NCBI GenBank assembly: GCA_012295275.1
Contig: CM022671.1
Coordinates: forward strand, 33,480,001 to 33,544,000
Reading direction: 5' to 3'
Length of the DNA: 64,000 nt
Source of the DNA: Chrysomallon squamiferum
Lineage: Eukaryota; Animalia; Mollusca
The translations under genes and the position numbers were made by a program. Positions 1-12,643 of this stretch are shown here, one piece after another (the stretch's first letter is position 1; the number at the start of each line of letters is the position of its first letter). Below the pieces are notes generated by a model that had not been told where the DNA came from, made no database searches, and saw only the letters and a program-made list of their open reading frames with translations.

Positions 1-562
1 ATAGTTTAGAAAGTTTCCTATTTTTCAATAATTAATTCAATATATTTATAATGAAAATATTGTTTGCAAACTAAGATAGGCTGCCTGAACAAGCATCATT
101 TGTAGCCTGACAACATTTTATTTTTAATGTTTTAAATTGTTTTAAATTGATTATTTCTGTTTGGCATATTTATTGTGAGTGTGTGCAAATGGCCAGCTGC
201 ATAGGTGTATGTTTTGTATATATACCATCTCTTTAAAAAAATTGTCTCTGTGACTGTGCAAGTGTACGAAACTTATGTAGATACTGTATTTCTTCTGATC
301 ACTGGTCTTATTCATTGTTAAACGTTTCATTTATTATGCAATGCTATTTATCATTCATTAACCACGTGTAGTAGATTGAAAAGAACTATACTATATTATT
401 TTGTGAGTTAAGCTCTAAATGAGTTTTAGTTTTTTTTTAAGTTTCCACTTAAAACTTTCATTACTGAGTATATTTGGTCACATGAATATTTCCCCAGTGA
501 CAGCTCTACTGATGACTTGGTTTCTAACAGCCAGACAAAAAACATAATCAGTCAGTGAAATT

Positions 563-3500
563 TTACACAGAACTGTGCTTTCTGTACATCATAACTGGAC
601 CTGTGGGGACGTACATGTAAGACTTTCCAGTCAGGTATTCCTGCTCTCCTTGGGCTTTATGTCTTGTGTTACCACTGATATCATAAATAAAAATGTCTTT
701 GACATCAAAATTTTCCCCTTCATGAACAATCTGCATTCCATTCATATTAGTATCCAGCCTTTCTCTGTTATCTTCATTAAGGCTATCCTTGACATCAACA
801 TTGTACCCTCCATTCATATCAGCGTTCAGCCTTTCTCTGCTGTCACCCTTCAGCCTATCCTTGTCATCAACATTGTACCTTCCATTCAAATTACCATTCA
901 GCCTTTCTCTGTTGTCATCATTAAACTTATCCTTGACATTGACCTTCTGTCTTCCATTCACATTAGCATTCAGCCTTTCTATGTTTTGATTATAAACCGT
1001 ATGTTTGACACGCGCCTTCCGCCTTCCATTTACAATACCATTCACAATAGCATTCAATCCTTCTCTGTCAACATCAAGCCTATGATTCACATGAACTTTC
1101 TGCCTTCCATTGACATTAGAATTCAGTCGTTCTCTCTTTTCTTCATTAAGCCTATGCTTGATGTGACCATTCTGCCTTCGACAGACATTAGCATTATGCC
1201 TTTTTCTTTTGTCATCATAACGGCTATCCTTGATATCACTATTCTGCCTTCCATTCATATTAACATTCAGCCTTTCTCTGTTGCCATCATTAAGGCTATC
1301 CTTGACATCAGTATTCTGCCTTCCATTCATATTAGTATTCAGCCTTTCTCTGTTGCCATCATTAAGCCTATCCTTGACACCAGTATTCTGCATTCCCTTC
1401 ATATTAGCATTCAACCTTTCTCTGTTGTCATCATTAAGCCTATCCTTGATATCAGTATTCTGCCTTCCATTCATATTAGCATTCAGCCTTTCTCTGTTGC
1501 CATCATTAAGCCTATTCTTGACATCAGTATTCTGCCTTCCATTCATATTAGCAGTGAGCCTTTCTCTGTTGTCACCATTAAGCCTATCCTTGACATCAGT
1601 ATTCTGCCTTCCATTCATATTAGCATTCAGCCTTTCTCTGTTCTCTTCATTAAGCCTATCCTTGACATCAGTATTCTGCCTTCCATTCATATTAGCATTC
1701 AGCCTTTCTCTGTTCTCTTCATTAATCCTTTCCTTGACATCAGTATTCTGCCTTCCATTCATATTAGTATTCAGCCTTTCTCTGTTGCCATCATTAAGCC
1801 TATCGTTGAATTGACCATACTGCCTTCCATTCACATCAGCATTCAGCCTTTCTTTTTTCTCATCATTACGCCTATCCTTAACATCAGCATTCTGCCTTCC
1901 ACTGAAATTAGCATTCAGCCTTTCTCTATAGTCATCATTAAGCCTCTCCTTGATATCACTATTCTGCCTTCCATTGACATTAGCATTCAGCCTTTCTGTA
2001 TTGTCATCATTAAGCCTATCCTTGACCTCAGCATTCTGCATTCCATTCACATTACAATTCAGCCTTTCTCTATTGTAATCATTAAGCCTATCGTTGATAT
2101 CAGCATTCTGCCTTCCATTCACATTATCATTCAGCCTTTCTCTATTATCATCATTAAGCCTATCCTTGACATCAGTATTCTGCCTTCCATTCACATTATC
2201 ATTCAGCCTTTCTCTGTTGTCATCATTAAGCCTATCGTTGAATTCACCATACTGCCTTCCATTCACTTTAGCATTCAGCCTACCTTTTTTGTCATCATTA
2301 CGCCTATCCTTAACATCAGCATGCTGCCTTCCACTGAAATTAGCATTCAGCCTTTCTGTATTGTCATCATTAAGCCTATCACTGACATCAGTATTCTGCC
2401 TTCCATGGACATTAGTATTCAGCCTTTCTCTGTTGCCATCATTAAGCCTATCGTTGATATCAGCATTCTGCCTTCCATTCACATTAACATTCAGCCTTTC
2501 TCTATTGTCATCATTAAGCCTATCGTTGACATCATCATACTGCCTTCCATTCACATTAGCATTCAGCCTTTCTCTATTGTCATCATTAAACCTATCGTTG
2601 ACATCAGAATTCTGCCTTCCATTCATATTAGCATTCAGACTTTCTCTATCGTCATCATTAAGCCTATCGTTGACATCACCATACTGCCTTCCATTCACAT
2701 TAGCATTCACCCTTTCTCTATTGTCATCATTAAGCCTATCCTTCACATCAGATTTCTGCCTTACACTGACATTAGCATTCAGCCTTTCTGTATTGTCATC
2801 ATTAAGCCTATCGTGGACATCAGTATTCTGCATTCCATTGACAGTAGTATTCAGCGTTTCTCTGTTGCCATCATTAAGCCTATCCTTATAATCAGTATTC
2901 TGCCTTCCATTGACAATAGTATTCAGCCTTTCTCTGTTGCCATCATTAAGCCTATCCTTGACATCAGCATTCTCGATTCCATTCACATTAGCATTCAGCC
3001 TTTCTCTATTGTGACCATTAAGCCTATTCTTCACATCAGCATTCTGCCTTCCATTCATATTAGCATTCAGCCTTTCTTTGTTCTCATCATTAAGCCTATC
3101 CTTGACATCAGCATTCTGTCTTCCATTCACATTAGCATTCAGCTTTTCTCTTTTGTCATCATTAAGCCTATCGTTGACATCAGCATTCTGCCTTCCATTC
3201 GTATTAGCATTCAGCCTTTCTCTGTTGTCATCATCAAGCCTATACTTGACATGAACCTTTTGCCTTCCATTCACATTAGCAATCAGCCTTTCTCTGTTGT
3301 CATCATCAAGCCTATCCTTGACATCAGCATTCTGCCTTCCATTCACATTAGCAATCAGCCTTTCTCTATTGTCATCATTAAGCATATCGTTGACATCAGC
3401 ATTCTGCCTTCCATTCACATTAGCATTCGGCCTTTCTCCGTTGTCATCATCAAGCATATCGTTGACATGAACATTTTGCGTTCCATTCACAGTAGAATCC

Positions 3501-5151
3501 AGCCTTTCTCCGTTGTCCTCATTAAGCCTATACTTGACATGAACCTTTTGCCTTCCATTCACAGTAGAATCCAGCCTTTCTTTTTTGTCATCATTACGCC
3601 TATCCTTGACATCAGCATTCTGCCTTCCATTCACATTAGCAATCAGCCTTTCTCTATTGTCATCATTAAGCATATCGTTGACATCAGCATTCTGCCTTCC
3701 ATTCATATTAGCACTTAGCCTTTCCGTCTTATCATCATTAACCCTATTCTTGATATGAACATTCTGCCTTCCATTTTGCAACTGTTGACTTGGTGAAGTT
3801 GCTTCTGATACTCTGCTTCCTGAATTCTTAAATTCTATATTATCTGAAGATAGGAACTGTTTATTTACAGGTACAACCTGCTCTCTAATGTTCACTGCTG
3901 ACTGGTAATTGCCTGATTTCTTCCTTTCTCTTAACAGTTCTTCAATGACCTGATCAAGGTCTGGACTGAAGAGGATACTGGGTGGTGCAAACCCATTTTC
4001 CTTGCTTAGACGAATGATGGCCTGTCGTTGTCCTTCAGTTATGTACAGCAGCAGCTGAGGAGGAAAATTCCATGTGGTCCGACCACTGACGTCCTGATAG
4101 AAGAGCTTGTTTTTTGTAGCAGCCTCTTGACTTCTGTGAATTGTCCAGCCATCTGGCAGGGCAGAATCTATTAGAAGAATCCCACAATCACATCTTTCTG
4201 AATTCTTCAGATTCCTTTTAAGGGTCTCTAACTTAGGAGCATTTTCATCAAATGGGGTTGAGTAATAAACATTATCCATGTTGGGACAGTCTGGAAGTGG
4301 CAATGCTGGTCGACTGACTGGTACATTAACTTTCCTCTGACGGTCCTTTTCAATTATGTTTCTTCTGATGTCTGAAATTTTCTGAGTGGATGATGGGAGC
4401 CAGCTGGCTACTGCTTCTAGTTCAGTTAAGCTATCAAGTGACACGTGTTTTTCACTGGTCTGGCTGAATAATGGAATTCTGTTCTTCTCTCTGAAAGACG
4501 AAGTGCTGGAACATCTTACAGGAAATGCTGTTTTAGCTTCTGGAAAATAAAACATTATTCACTGCTGTTTTATGAAATAGGTTAAACAATACCATAGATA
4601 CAAAAGAGATATGTTAGTGTTGAAATATCTATCATTAGTGAAGGAAATATACATCAGTCAAATAATAATAACAACAACAACAGAATTAATATTAGAATTA
4701 ATGATAGTAATAATAATTTAATACAAGAGTGCAGTAGAGTAAAGATACCAAATCGCTGTACCTGGACTCGTGGCTAAGAAGGACGGATGTAGTGAGTTTG
4801 GTGATATCGCATGTGGTATCATGGCCTGAGGTATACCTTTTCCCATCTGTTCATCCGGTTGTATCGTCCTTTTACTCACACCGCCCAACCTTTCGTAGTC
4901 CGAGTAATTGTTAATTGGATACAGCAAGTGCACATTCTCTATCTTTTCCAAGTTACCTATTCTGTGGTGCTTGTAAAAGCTACACAGTTTCATGAATGAC
5001 ATGAATTTCTTTCCAGGAACGATGTAATACAGGAAGTGTCCACCTTGTTTCTCCATAACCACATTTATGTGTCGTACGGAACTATCACTTATACTGTAAG
5101 ATACATAAATAAATAAACAAATTAATAGCCGATATCAACAACAGCAATAAC

Positions 5152-5204
<53 letters not shown>

Positions 5205-5206
5205 TA

Positions 5207-5249
<43 letters not shown>

Positions 5250-6707
5250 TAATTTATAACAGTAATAGTAATAAACAATGATATAAATTAAAAATCAATA
5301 TCAAATAAGCTGTTATTGGTACACTGCCTTTTTAGAAAACAATATCAATATACTTGACAAAGATATCACTGACAATCATACTGTAAACAAGAACAGTTAT
5401 AAAATGAAATTACAAAAAATAAAATAAAATACATTTGAAAACATTTTTCTTTAAACCTAAACGTTTTGAAACAAATTATTTCAAAACGTTTAGTTAATTA
5501 TTATATTACTAACCATTTATCATCAAGAATTATTTTCTGATGTTCACAGTCATTACTTATAAACTCTAAATATATTGATATTCTCATATTTTACCTGACA
5601 GATAAAGACAAGTAGTTATCTCCCTTCGTACTCAGCCGCAACAGATAACATCCAGTACTTACAGGACTGTAATGTTTAATGAACCTTGTCGCCTGTAGAA
5701 TAAAAATACAAATAAATTAGATAATGAAATATTAAAAGTAATCAAAATTAATTAATAAATTATAGACACATAATATACATGTACAAATGTAAAATCTTAT
5801 AAAGAAACACACCAACCAGTTATCCTGATGTCATCATGAAGTGAAGCATATAGACACGTGTATTTTCACATATATAAATAAACAAACAAACTCATGCCCA
5901 TATACTTACCTATCTGCCTGCCTACTTACGTATCTATGTATCTAATCAGTGTAGGAAAGCACAACCTTGTATTTACAATTCTAATAATTTTGAGAAGAAT
6001 GACATAAAATGTGTAACAGTGCTAGACTGCACAAGAGATGGCAGCTTTAATCATAAACGATAATACTGCAGATACAATATCTCTACATCTTAACATCTCT
6101 GTTGATATAAGTTTTTTTGCTTTAATTTAATAAGATGCAGTAGACTGTAAGATTGTGTCCTCACAAAAGACCCATCAGTCTATTTTTTATTTTACCCAGT
6201 GATTCACAGTTGATGTACAAAATGTTGTACGGTAAGTGCTATTTTGTCTGCAGGATGGTGCATATCTAAAGGGTCTCTTGCTGTTAATCAGAAAGAGTAG
6301 TTCACAAAATGGCAGCAGTGGGTTTCCTCTATCACTATCTCAGTGGTCCTTAAGCCTAAACTTTAAACACATAGGTATGATAATTATGTTGTTGGCATCA
6401 TAAAATACAAATTACTTCATTTCTTTTTTCAAAATATTTAGTTATAACAACTGCATATAAATACACAATAAACAAAGTCAGCAAACTACATATAACTGTA
6501 AATATTGATATGACAATGAAATGTATATATATTTACATCCATATATACAAACCATACAACAATAAACATTGATAACTCAGTGACAATATATGTATGACAT
6601 ATAACAGATCAGAAACTTACCTCTTCACTATTTGTAATGTCTGGAAAGAAGAAGGGTAAAGTTGCTATTTCTTTTGGTACATAATTCGTATGATTAGCTT
6701 CAGCCAT
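563..6707 (-). CDS. Copy A: SH2-Pro-rich-WW-24aa repeat-Tyr tail adaptor, ~1497 aa, 4 coding exons (6707-6621, 5692-5595, 5093-4762, 4539-563)
   Basis: All introns are GT-AG and phases join in frame. Spliced SH2: LPFFFPDITNSEE|ATRFIKHYSPVSTGCYLLRLSTKGDNYLSLSVS|ISDSSVRHINVV...KKFMSFMKLCSFY...LLYPI. WW: LPDGWTIHRS...LFYQDVSGRTTWNFP. The start ATG is inferred: a splice acceptor lies just upstream (~6752) and the frame is open, so an upstream coding exon cannot be excluded. Confidence 0.85.
720..3780 (-). repeat. Coding 72-bp minisatellite, ~42 units (copy A)
   Basis: CTGCCTTCCATT recurs every 72 bp (e.g. 1460, 1532, 1604, 1676). Consensus peptide RQNADVKDRLNDDNRERLNANVNG. Confidence 0.95.
5146..5255. 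repeat. (AAT)n microsatellite (homologous tracts in all units)
   Basis: Directly visible. Confidence 0.95.
6130..6425 (+). mobile_element. Decayed SINE in the intron after coding exon 1; homologues at ~17895-18165, 27785-28075, 38610-38880, 48525-48815 and 55945-56235
   Basis: Relatively GC-rich island (GGATGGTGCAT...CTTGCTGTTAATCAGAAAGAGTAG...GGGTTTCCTCT...GTGGTCCTTAA). It resembles, from memory only, an abundant tRNA-derived Nin/Deu-type SINE of gastropods. No database check was possible. Confidence 0.6.
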
Positions 6708-6944
6708 CACTGGTGTGAGGATTCTGTTAAACGTTTTTGTCTTCTTCTGAGCTAAATAACAACACAATATTATTATTTGACAGTATATGAGTGTTTGCGT
6801 AATATCTATTTTAAGGATGTTTTTAAATAAAAAGAGAATCAAATTATCATTCACAAACCAATCACGTTAGAATAACAATTGTGCCTTCAGTTGGAAGAAT
6901 AGTGCCAAGGGAAAAAAAATCAACAAAAAATATTGAAGTAAGAA

Positions 6945-7031
6945 GGAAACTGAAAATGTCAGAGGATATTAAATAAATTAAAACAATATATATTCTTTTC
7001 TAGAATTTACCTATTTAGTTACAGTGAGTCA
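6945..7031. promoter_or_regulatory. ISRE/IRF-like (GAAACTGAAA, 6946-6955) and AP-1 (TGAGTCA, 7025-7031) motifs upstream of coding exon 1
   Basis: Exact consensus matches (GAAANNGAAA; TGASTCA) retained in paralogous units. Function untested; the region may be an intron of the 5' UTR. Confidence 0.35.
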
Positions 7032-7179
7032 TACTGACCTAAATAGTATCTATGATATAAAGTAAAACAGTCAAAACCAGATTACACACACTGTAAGTGT
7101 TTAATTTTGAAATATATTATTAGAGCATAAACTGCTAGTGTTGCTATAATAAGTATTATTATTATTAGTGGTGGCAGTA

Positions 7180-7181
<2 letters not shown>

Positions 7182-7223
<42 letters not shown>

Positions 7224-7283
7224 CAACAATAATAATAATAATTAAATAATAATAAAAATAAATAATAATAATTAATGATAATC

Positions 7284-7332
<49 letters not shown>
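7182..7332. repeat. Interrupted (AAT)n microsatellite
   Basis: Directly visible. Confidence 0.95.
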
Positions 7333-7335
<3 letters not shown>

Positions 7336-7969
7336 TTAAAATCTTCAAATTCTGTTGACGATGGTTCAAAACCTATATAAAATATCCTGAATTAAATAAC
7401 AATCATTTGATACACAACTACTTTATAGTTTTCTTTCTAAGCAGCAAAAATATTGCAACTAATAATAAGGTAGGTATTAATTTCATAATGAAATATTTAA
7501 CTATATTCCTTCATGGTGCATATCATCATCTACTATTGATAAAATGTCATAACAGATAAGTGTTATCTGGTGCAAAAAATTATTTGGAATTTCAAATTTC
7601 TTACCCATAAGGAACCAAACTGCATTATTAGAGCAAAATCTAAGGGAATAAAGTGAAACAGTTAATTGATTTTCATATTTTCAATTAAGAAAATGATCTC
7701 AAAAGTTTACATAATCTTGCACACAATTTAAGACAAACTTTAGGTTTCTAAGAATTATGTATTTAATATTAGGAATTATTACTCCAGACTAAGATTCCAA
7801 GTAACAATAACATTCACTAGTCTCTAGAAGACAGACTAAAGATTGCTTATTAATCATTACAAGTCTTAAAAACGACTATTGCAAAATTATTTATTTTAGT
7901 GAAATTATTTGTATTGATTTGATATATAAACAGAACGTTCTAGTGTTTTGTCTTCATGAAATAAAAAAT

Positions 7970-7970
<1 letters not shown>

Positions 7971-8029
<59 letters not shown>

Positions 8030-8047
8030 GTAGTAATAATAATAATA
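7971..8047. repeat. (AAT)n microsatellite
   Basis: Directly visible. Confidence 0.95.
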
Positions 8048-8177
8048 AAAATATTAAAAATAATAACAGAAATATTAAAGTGAATTTACTAGCCAATAAA
8101 TATAAAATAAAGAATATCAAAATCTAAACACAGATCTGTGGCGAACATAAGTTCCTCTAATTTAAATAAATAAATAA

Positions 8178-8181
<4 letters not shown>

Positions 8182-8233
<52 letters not shown>
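8182..8233. repeat. (AT)n microsatellite
   Basis: Directly visible. Confidence 0.95.
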
Positions 8234-8237
<4 letters not shown>

Positions 8238-10279
8238 TAACTTAATGAAAGTCCTTTATAAAAACTAATTACAATGAAAAACATAAAATGTAATACTTTT
8301 ACAGGTACAATCTATGACTAAGTATTCTGTATTTCAAACGGTCTCTTTATCTAAAAGTAGTTTAGACAGGCCTATATCACTTGTCATTCATATTATTGCT
8401 GAAACTGATTGTATGATGATTAAAGTCAAATAGACTGAGTGACTTTGTTGATAACAAAAACTGAAATAAAAAGTTTAGCCTTTGCTAGAAGCATTAAAAA
8501 TACACGTTAATTCTAACATGTACTAATAGTAATACTCACTCATGTTCATTAACTGACAAAGTTTTTATGGGAACTTTTCACGTCTATTTTGATATTTTTT
8601 CCATTTCTTTTACCCTTAAACAGGAAATTATTGAGCGTCTTCCTGAACAGAAAACGAAACTAAAAAAGAGGGGAAGGCTGACTCATTGTTAATAGTAACG
8701 GGTCCGAAAGTCGTTACTGATTTAAGGTTATACAAAAATGAAGTAAGCTACAAACTTGGTATTACTGCCGCCACCACAATCAGAACATCACTGTTATATT
8801 AAGACTATAGCTGCTGCAATTAGTAGTCCTATAATTATTATACTAGTACTACTACTAATACTACCACTACTGGTACTATTATTCCTAAAATGGTTGCTGC
8901 AGCTACCACCACAATCACACCAGTATGAATTATTTATATGTACCATAACATTGACAACTTCTAATACTTCTACTATTACACAACTACTACCACCGTAGCT
9001 TCTAGCTATTTTTACTACTACTTCTATCCTACAATTTATTTAAGCATCATACTGTTATTGACCCTCTATTTTCTTTCTCCGTCCTCTTCTTCGTACTATT
9101 ATTAGCTGCTTTATGAATTTGATTGTACTTTCGTGTCTCCGTAAAGATATGCGCATTTAATATCCCATACATGCTGATTATGATAAGAATATTTAGATAA
9201 TGAAGACTAATATATGCTTCTCTTAAAATAAACAAATGCATGAATGAATGAATGAACGAATGAATAAATAAATATGTCATTAAACATTTCTTCATTCATA
9301 TTACTACAAGCATTAGTGTAACTCCAATAAATACAACTATTGCTGCTTCTGATACTACTACTGCTGTTATTATTGTTAATACTAATATTTTTGTATTCCT
9401 TATTTCGTTCTCGTCTCAAAAACAAAATTCTAAAATATTTCACCACTGCACCGAAACATTGGTATCTGTTGATAGAAACGAATAGAGGCATTATTGCTTT
9501 CGATTACAATGTAGAGTTTGATAGGTTGTCTTCATCAACGTCGTTATGGGAGACCTGTATGTAACAGGGTTAGCGATGGCTCATTGCGCACCAGAGAAAG
9601 TGACCAATGAGCCACCCTTTCGGGTCATATTGGCCATCATCTTAAACAGTGAAAGAAGCTAGAAAGAACACATATAAATCGGTTTTCTTTTCTTTTTTCT
9701 TCTTCTTATTTTTCTTTCTTTCTTTTTATAATTATTCCTGTCATAAATTTCATTTTAAGCGCACATAATGCAACAAACTAAAGTACGAATTCCAATTTTA
9801 ACACATTGACCTCAGTCTTGGGCATTTTGTGCTAATGATTCAGTCTCCATGTTTTCAACGTACTTTCAAGAGTCCTAGCAAACAGTAAATGTTTTTCAAG
9901 ATTAAACCCATCAAAACTGACAAAAATTGTATGATTCCTTTGTGATTTTTGGCATTTTGCACAACAGGTTTAGTAAGGATATACAAAATTAAATCAGCCT
10001 CAACTGAGCTTATTTCTTCCTGGACAGGCTCAATAAATGCATATGACATAGCGTGGGAGATTTTCTGAGAAAATGGTATGTACATTTTATGGATAAATAA
10101 GTAAATTTTGTATACTTCCTAATTTTTATTTTATGTATTCAAACTAATCTTTTCCAGTGATATCTATAATGAGACAAGGAGAATAGGAGAATAGTTGCAT
10201 TTTGCCAAATGTCAAGTGATCTTTCATGTCATTGGTGTGCCTTGGTCTGTTCTCTTCTGTTAATGTACTACTACTGCTG

Positions 10280-10314
<35 letters not shown>

Positions 10315-12643
10315 GCTAATGATAATAATAATAATAATATTACTACTATTACTGTTAATTCCTCTACAAGTATTAGAATAATTTTATCAGTGGTTATCTG
10401 TTATTATTATTGGTTTCCAGCAATCTGTCCTTAAAATTAGATTACAGAATCAAATGGGAATATAAATAGACTATAAATGTGTTTGTACCAAAAATATAAT
10501 CTAGTGCTTTCATGACAAAACAACAAAAATATAGTAGCATTTTGATAGTACAACAATCTCCAGTTATAAAATATCATATATATTATAATAGTTTTATAAT
10601 AATACAGTGATTATTATGATAACCTATCAACAAGAATATTATTTTATCTGAATATTTTCAATTTGAAAATGTGACATTCAATTCTGTAGTCATTAAACAT
10701 TTAATAGAAGATAAAATACTACTTTATTTACATAATGCTTAAGTGTTCTTCAATATTATACATATAAAAAATAAAATAAAAAGATATTTTACATATAATT
10801 TATAAAATAAGAACAAATAAGAAAAGAAAACTCTACACTAAAAACAGACCAGTCTATTTTAGTTGCTAAAAGTTAGATACTATTTCAAGCACAAATATTT
10901 AAAACAAATAAAATAATATATATATATATATGATAAACGTTATATATAAAAAATAAACATTTTATGAGTGCACACAAATACATAAAGAAATACTGTTTAA
11001 AATTAATTGCAAATTAAGAAAGACATGCCTCCTCATTCGGTGTATTTACACAATTCATTGTTCATATTAAAATGTGCAACTGTGAAACTTGTAGATCAAT
11101 ACAATTTGCAAAAACACTGACAAAGATAAAAATATAGTGCAGTGAATTTATTTAGTCTTTTTCCAAAAAATATTTTACATTTTCACACACACAAACACAC
11201 ACACACACACAGACACAGACAGAGAGAGAGTCATTATATACATAGTAAAAACAAAAACAACATTGATGGTCATTATTGTAGTTTTACAAATGCAAGACCA
11301 CAATAGGCATCATAACATCAGTCTTTACATATACAGGTACAGATCCTCATAAGTATGAATATATTTATAAAATTAAAATAATACAATTTTACAGCAAACA
11401 TTTCTCACTAAAATAAATATTAAATTATTTACTGATAACAATGAGAAATTGTAGTACTGCATATAAAACTATAAAACAACTCCATATTACAGAAAATTAT
11501 GGAAATCATAAGATATTAAATCAGAAACATGAAAATAAAAGATGAAGTAATTAAAGCTCAATTTTAGAAAAAAACACATATTTGAAATTAATATACACGT
11601 TTTAACCGTAACATATACATTTATAAAATATGTATTATAAAAAAACTCATGGAAGTATTGTTATTTTGTACGGCATCTGGTACACATTCACATTCAAATG
11701 TATATAGATTTTTTACTAATTCTTATTTACTTATTTATTCTTATTTTATTATGATTTTGTTATTATATTTGAATGTGTATCCAGATTAATCCGAACATTA
11801 AAGTGTACTAGATGCAGTACAAAATGCTAAATATTTACATATACTTAAATTTCAAGAACTGTCTCACTGGTTTATCTAGATAAAACTAAACCTACATATT
11901 ACAGTGAATGCATCTGAAAGATAATAAAGTACTGTACATTTTCTCAGTTCTAAAAATATTCAGCAGAATGTCTAAGTTTTTGACAGAAGGGCTGTGGCAA
12001 GGCACATCAAAGAACTTATTTTGTAGTTCCATAGTTTAGAAAGATTCCTATTTTTCAAATTATTAATACAGTATCTTTATAATGAAACAATTTTTCCCAA
12101 ACTAGCATCACTTCTAGGCTGACAACACAACATTTATTTAATTATTAATTTTTTTATTTGTATTTTAAATTCATTGTTTCTGGCATATTCATTGTGAGTA
12201 TGAATATTTGTGTTAAGCATTTAGCTGCACATACACATCATCTCTTTATAGAGATGTCTCTGTGACTGTGCAAGTGTACAAAGTTTATATCCAAATGTCA
12301 GTAACTTGGTACTCTATTACTTCAAATCACTGGTCTTATTCATTATTAAAAGATTAATATATTATGCAGAGTTCTTTAACATTTAAAAACACAAACAAAA
12401 AACATTTATTAACCATTTGAAGTAAATTGTAAACCACTATACTAAGTTGTTAGATAAGCTGTAAATCCCTTGTACTTTTAATTTTAAGTTTCCAATTTAG
12501 AACTTTTATTACTGTATGTATTTGGTCACATCGGGTAGACAAAAGAAATAGTGATATATGACACAGTTTGTTGTTATATGCCCAGTTCTGTATGAAAATT
12601 TCGCTGAACACTAAGTCAACCTTGCTGAGGATGTCTCTCTGGA

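Noticed and set aside
563-720. RHIM motif in the C-terminal tail
   Set aside because: No (I/V)Q(I/V/L)G core; only a superficially similar composition.
575-3718. 1047-aa plus-strand Ile/Ser/Pro-rich ORF (also 12716-14779, 34232-35578, 24609-25313, 45355-46059, 53246-53662 and the Leu/Ser-rich frames)
   Set aside because: Antisense shadows of the 72-bp repeat, whose reverse frames happen to lack stops. They are confined to the repeat and broken at arbitrary points, whereas the minus frame links to real domains and splice sites.
720-3780. CRISPR-like appearance of the regular repeat
   Set aside because: Units are contiguous with no unique spacers, the DNA is eukaryotic, and there are no cas genes.
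563-4539. Shell-matrix/biomineralisation protein call based on Asn/Asp-rich repeats
   Set aside because: No signal peptide in the spliced model, and SH2/WW domains are cytoplasmic.
4540-4555. ORF-track start MFYFP (and MSLDRV, MSHSSE, MICLFIYLF, MPAFYLK etc.)
   Set aside because: These are intronic read-through or internal codons; canonical acceptors define the real exon starts.
5663-5692. 30-nt mini-exon using the internal GTAAGT donor (reading RQGSLNITVL)
   Set aside because: The phase is incompatible with exon 1. The 98-nt exon ending at 5595 gives the proper YLLRLS SH2 core. At most it is a non-productive cryptic donor.
7181-9564. Small poly-Ile/Leu/Tyr/Phe ORFs (and equivalents in other units, 57903-58218, 63454-63736)
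   Set aside because: Translations of AAT/ACT/AAG microsatellites and low-complexity DNA.
9855-10085. Possible upstream coding exon of the SH2 gene
   Set aside because: Frameshifted differently in each unit, including units with intact genes; better explained as a transposon relic.
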